Virus record (IMG/VR): IMGVR_UViG_3300037067_004637
Length of the DNA: 20,000 nucleotides
Reading direction: 5' to 3' (one strand)
DNA from: an uncultured virus (IMG/VR IMGVR_UViG_3300037067_004637)
Lineage: Duplodnaviria; Heunggongvirae; Uroviricota; Caudoviricetes
Below, piece by piece: positions 17,586-20,000 of the stretch. The notes under the pieces were generated by a model. That model was given only the letters and a program-made list of their open reading frames with translations, had not been told where the DNA came from and did not search any database. How positions within the stretch are numbered: the stretch's first letter is position 1; each line of letters starts with the position of its first letter. A program made the position numbers and the translations under genes.

Positions 17586-18845
17586 ATGTTAAAAACATTA
17601 AAATATAATAATAAAATAGTGAAATTTAATAATAAGGTGGCAAAATATAATCAACCTGATCCACCAGAATTAAGATTTATAACAGAATGGGATTTTTTAG
17701 CCGAAGAAATAACATTACCATTAGTTAGTGGTTATTCTTATAATTTTACTGTTGATTGGGGTGATAATTCATCAATTGAAACTGTAACATCATATAATGA
17801 TTTAAATGCAATACATACATATAATTCTGCTGGAACATATCAAATAAAAATAGATGGTATATGTGAATATTTTATGATTGGAGAAAAACCAATAGCAACT
17901 AAATTAAAAAAAATATTAAATTGGGGTGATGTTAGTTTTACTAATTTTGAAGCTAGTTTTTATGGTTGTTCAAATTTAACTGAAATTCCAAATGATAGTT
18001 TACCAAACGATTCTAATATGACTTCTTTTTTCTTAACATTTCAAGAATGTTCTTCTTTAACAGGATTACCTGATGATTTATTCAAAAATAATACAAATGC
18101 TTTATCTTTTGAAAATTGTTTTTATGGTTGTACAGGTTTAACAACAATACCAACAGATTTATTTAGATATAATATAAATGTCACTGATTTTTCTTCTTGT
18201 TTTTATGATTGTACAAATTTATCAGAAATACCTGTAGATTTATTTAGATATAATACAAATGTTACAACATTTAAAAATTGTTTTGAGAATTGTGATTCTA
18301 TTTTATCATTACCAACTGATATATTCAGATATAATATAAATGTTACTGATTTTTCTTCTTGTTTTTATGGTTGTTCAGATTTGTCAGCTTTAACATCAGA
18401 TATATTTCAATATAACGTTAATGTAACTACATTTCAAAGTACTTTTGCTAGTTGTGTATCTTTAGAAACTTTACCAACAGATTTATTTAGATATAATACA
18501 GGTGTTACAAATTTTTCAACATGTTTTAATTCTTGTTGGCAGTTATCATCATTACCAGAAAATTTATTTTATTATAATAAAATTGTTAGTGATTATTCTT
18601 CATGTTTTAATTATTGTATAAACATGACATTACCATCAGTTATATTTGATTTAAGTGCTTCTGGTATAAGTGGTGATACTATTGATTTTACTAATTTTAT
18701 GAATGTTAATTCTACAACAGAATCACATACAGGAACGGTTCAAGATATATGGAATTATGTTTCTACAAGTTCAACAAAAACTTTTTGTTTTAGAAATAAT
18801 ACATCATTAACAAATTATTTAAGTATTCCTTCTGAATGGAAATAA
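17586..18845 (+). CDS. Paralogous PKD-like plus LRR protein (8 repeats)
   Basis: VDWGD...HTY..AGTYQIKI, eight 27-aa repeats (17967-18614), and a C-terminal cap closely similar to that of the upstream paralog. Confidence 0.8.
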   Translation: MLKTLKYNNKIVKFNNKVAKYNQPDPPELRFITEWDFLAEEITLPLVSGYSYNFTVDWGDNSSIETVTSYNDLNAIHTYNSAGTYQIKIDGICEYFMIGEKPIATKLKKILNWGDVSFTNFEASFYGCSNLTEIPNDSLPNDSNMTSFFLTFQECSSLTGLPDDLFKNNTNALSFENCFYGCTGLTTIPTDLFRYNINVTDFSSCFYDCTNLSEIPVDLFRYNTNVTTFKNCFENCDSILSLPTDIFRYNINVTDFSSCFYGCSDLSALTSDIFQYNVNVTTFQSTFASCVSLETLPTDLFRYNTGVTNFSTCFNSCWQLSSLPENLFYYNKIVSDYSSCFNYCINMTLPSVIFDLSASGISGDTIDFTNFMNVNSTTESHTGTVQDIWNYVSTSSTKTFCFRNNTSLTNYLSIPSEWK

Positions 18846-18889
18846 TATTTTTATATTTTAATATATAATAAAAAATAGATTTTTAAAAA

Positions 18890-20000
18890 ATGGGTTTTAT
18901 AACTAATAGTTTTCAATTATCAGGTGATACATATACATCAATTTTAATAACTGGTATTACAAGTGGTGATACTACATTAACAAATGATGATAGTAATTTA
19001 ATAACTGAAAGAGCAGTTAAATATTATGTAGATAATAATGCTGCATCTTCAACGGGTATAACATCATTATCAACAGCTATATCAACAGAAACTTCAACAA
19101 GAGGTACTGCAGACACATCATTATCAACTGCATTATCTACAAGAATTAGTGTTGATGGATCATTAAGTACAGGATTATCAACAGAAATTTTAACAAGAGG
19201 TAGTCAAGTTACATCACTTTCAACAGCTATTAGTACAACAACAAGTGGTGTTAGTAGTTTATCTACTGCGGTTTCCACAAGAATATCTGTTGATGATTCT
19301 TTATCTACTTCTATATCAACAGAAACATCAACAAGAGGTAGTCAAGTTATATCATTATCTACTACAATTTCAACTGAATCTTCAATAAGAACTGTTGCTG
19401 ATTCATCATTAGAAACTGCTATAAATAATAGTGGTGGATCAGCATATTTATCAGGTTTAACTGATGTTACAATAACAAATGTACAAGAAGGTGATGTTTT
19501 AGTTTATTCTGGTAGTAGTTGGGTAAATGATGAATATGTTGATATAACAAATATGTTTATTAATGTAACTGGTGGTACAGTTAATGGTAAATTATATTAT
19601 GGTTCTACTCAAACATTCACAACTGATAATGATATAGTTAGTAAAAAATATGTTGATGATAATGTAGGTGGTAGTGGTGTTACTTCATTATCGACAGCTT
19701 TATCATCTGAAATAAACACAAGAGGTTCTGCTGATACTTCATTATCAACAGCAATAACAACAGAAGAATCTATAAGAAGTTCTGTTGATGCATCGTTATC
19801 AACAGCTATTTCATCATCAGGTGGTGTAAATATTACTAATAATACAGATAATTATATTTTAACAGCTACTGGAACAGCTAACACAATAAACGGTGAAGCT
19901 AATTTACAATTTGATGGTACTACTTTATCAGTGAATGGTAATATACGTTTAGGTGGTTCAGGAAATAGAGTTTATAGTAGAGAACCAGCAACAACAGCAG
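18890..20000 (+). CDS. Putative tail-fibre protein with SLST repeats; runs off the window end (not in the supplied ORF track)
   Basis: ATG at 18890 (MGFITNSFQLSG...) with the frame open to the end. Contains AVKYYVD, SLSTAISTETSTRGTAD repeats, SAYLSGLTDV..GDVLVYSGSSWVN, SKKYVDD and GEANLQFDG. Confidence 0.75.
   Translation, partial: MGFITNSFQLSGDTYTSILITGITSGDTTLTNDDSNLITERAVKYYVDNNAASSTGITSLSTAISTETSTRGTADTSLSTALSTRISVDGSLSTGLSTEILTRGSQVTSLSTAISTTTSGVSSLSTAVSTRISVDDSLSTSISTETSTRGSQVISLSTTISTESSIRTVADSSLETAINNSGGSAYLSGLTDVTITNVQEGDVLVYSGSSWVNDEYVDITNMFINVTGGTVNGKLYYGSTQTFTTDNDIVSKKYVDDNVGGSGVTSLSTALSSEINTRGSADTSLSTAITTEESIRSSVDASLSTAISSSGGVNITNNTDNYILTATGTANTINGEANLQFDGTTLSVNGNIRLGGSGNRVYSREPATTA

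Noticed and set aside
17270..18845. Diversity-generating retroelement TR/VR pair suggested by similar 3' ends of the LRR genes
   Set aside because: Mismatches are not confined to adenines of one copy, both copies are coding gene ends, and no reverse transcriptase is in the window.
1..20000. Stop-codon reassignment as in some huge phages
   Set aside because: Recognisable genes are full length under the standard code and coding density is already high, so nothing here requires recoding.
1..20000. tRNA, rRNA or structured ncRNA genes
   Set aside because: Intergenic gaps are under about 100 nt and nearly pure A/T; only the terminator hairpin was seen.

Overview
Very AT-rich, gene-dense window with all credible genes on the + strand, most likely from a large (jumbo/huge) bacteriophage. 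This rests on tail-fibre motifs, overlapping stop/start codons, an intrinsic terminator and the absence of Shine-Dalgarno sites. Bases 27-11428 are a glycan-synthesis cluster: three GT2, one GT32-like, one GT10-like and one GT47-like glycosyltransferase, two SAM methyltransferases (one fused to a P-loop kinase), and a three-enzyme UDP-GlcNAc to 6-deoxy-L-HexNAc pathway. No flippase, polymerase or other membrane component is present. A PD-(D/E)XK nuclease, an MT-A70 methylase and an ADP-ribosyltransferase-like gene are interleaved in the cluster. Next come a free-standing intein-like ORF with lost splicing residues but intact LAGLIDADG motifs, a second PD-(D/E)XK nuclease, a terminator and a J-domain-like protein. 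The window ends with a probable virion module: two Ser/Thr-rich fibre proteins with 18-aa SLST repeats flanking two paralogous 27-aa LRR proteins. The most notable items are the glycosylation cluster next to Ser/Thr-rich fibres, the splicing-dead intein, the variable LRR paralogs with DNA-identical patches, and a TAAAC-N18-TATAAT promoter-like motif. All family calls come from motif recognition by eye; no database searches were run.
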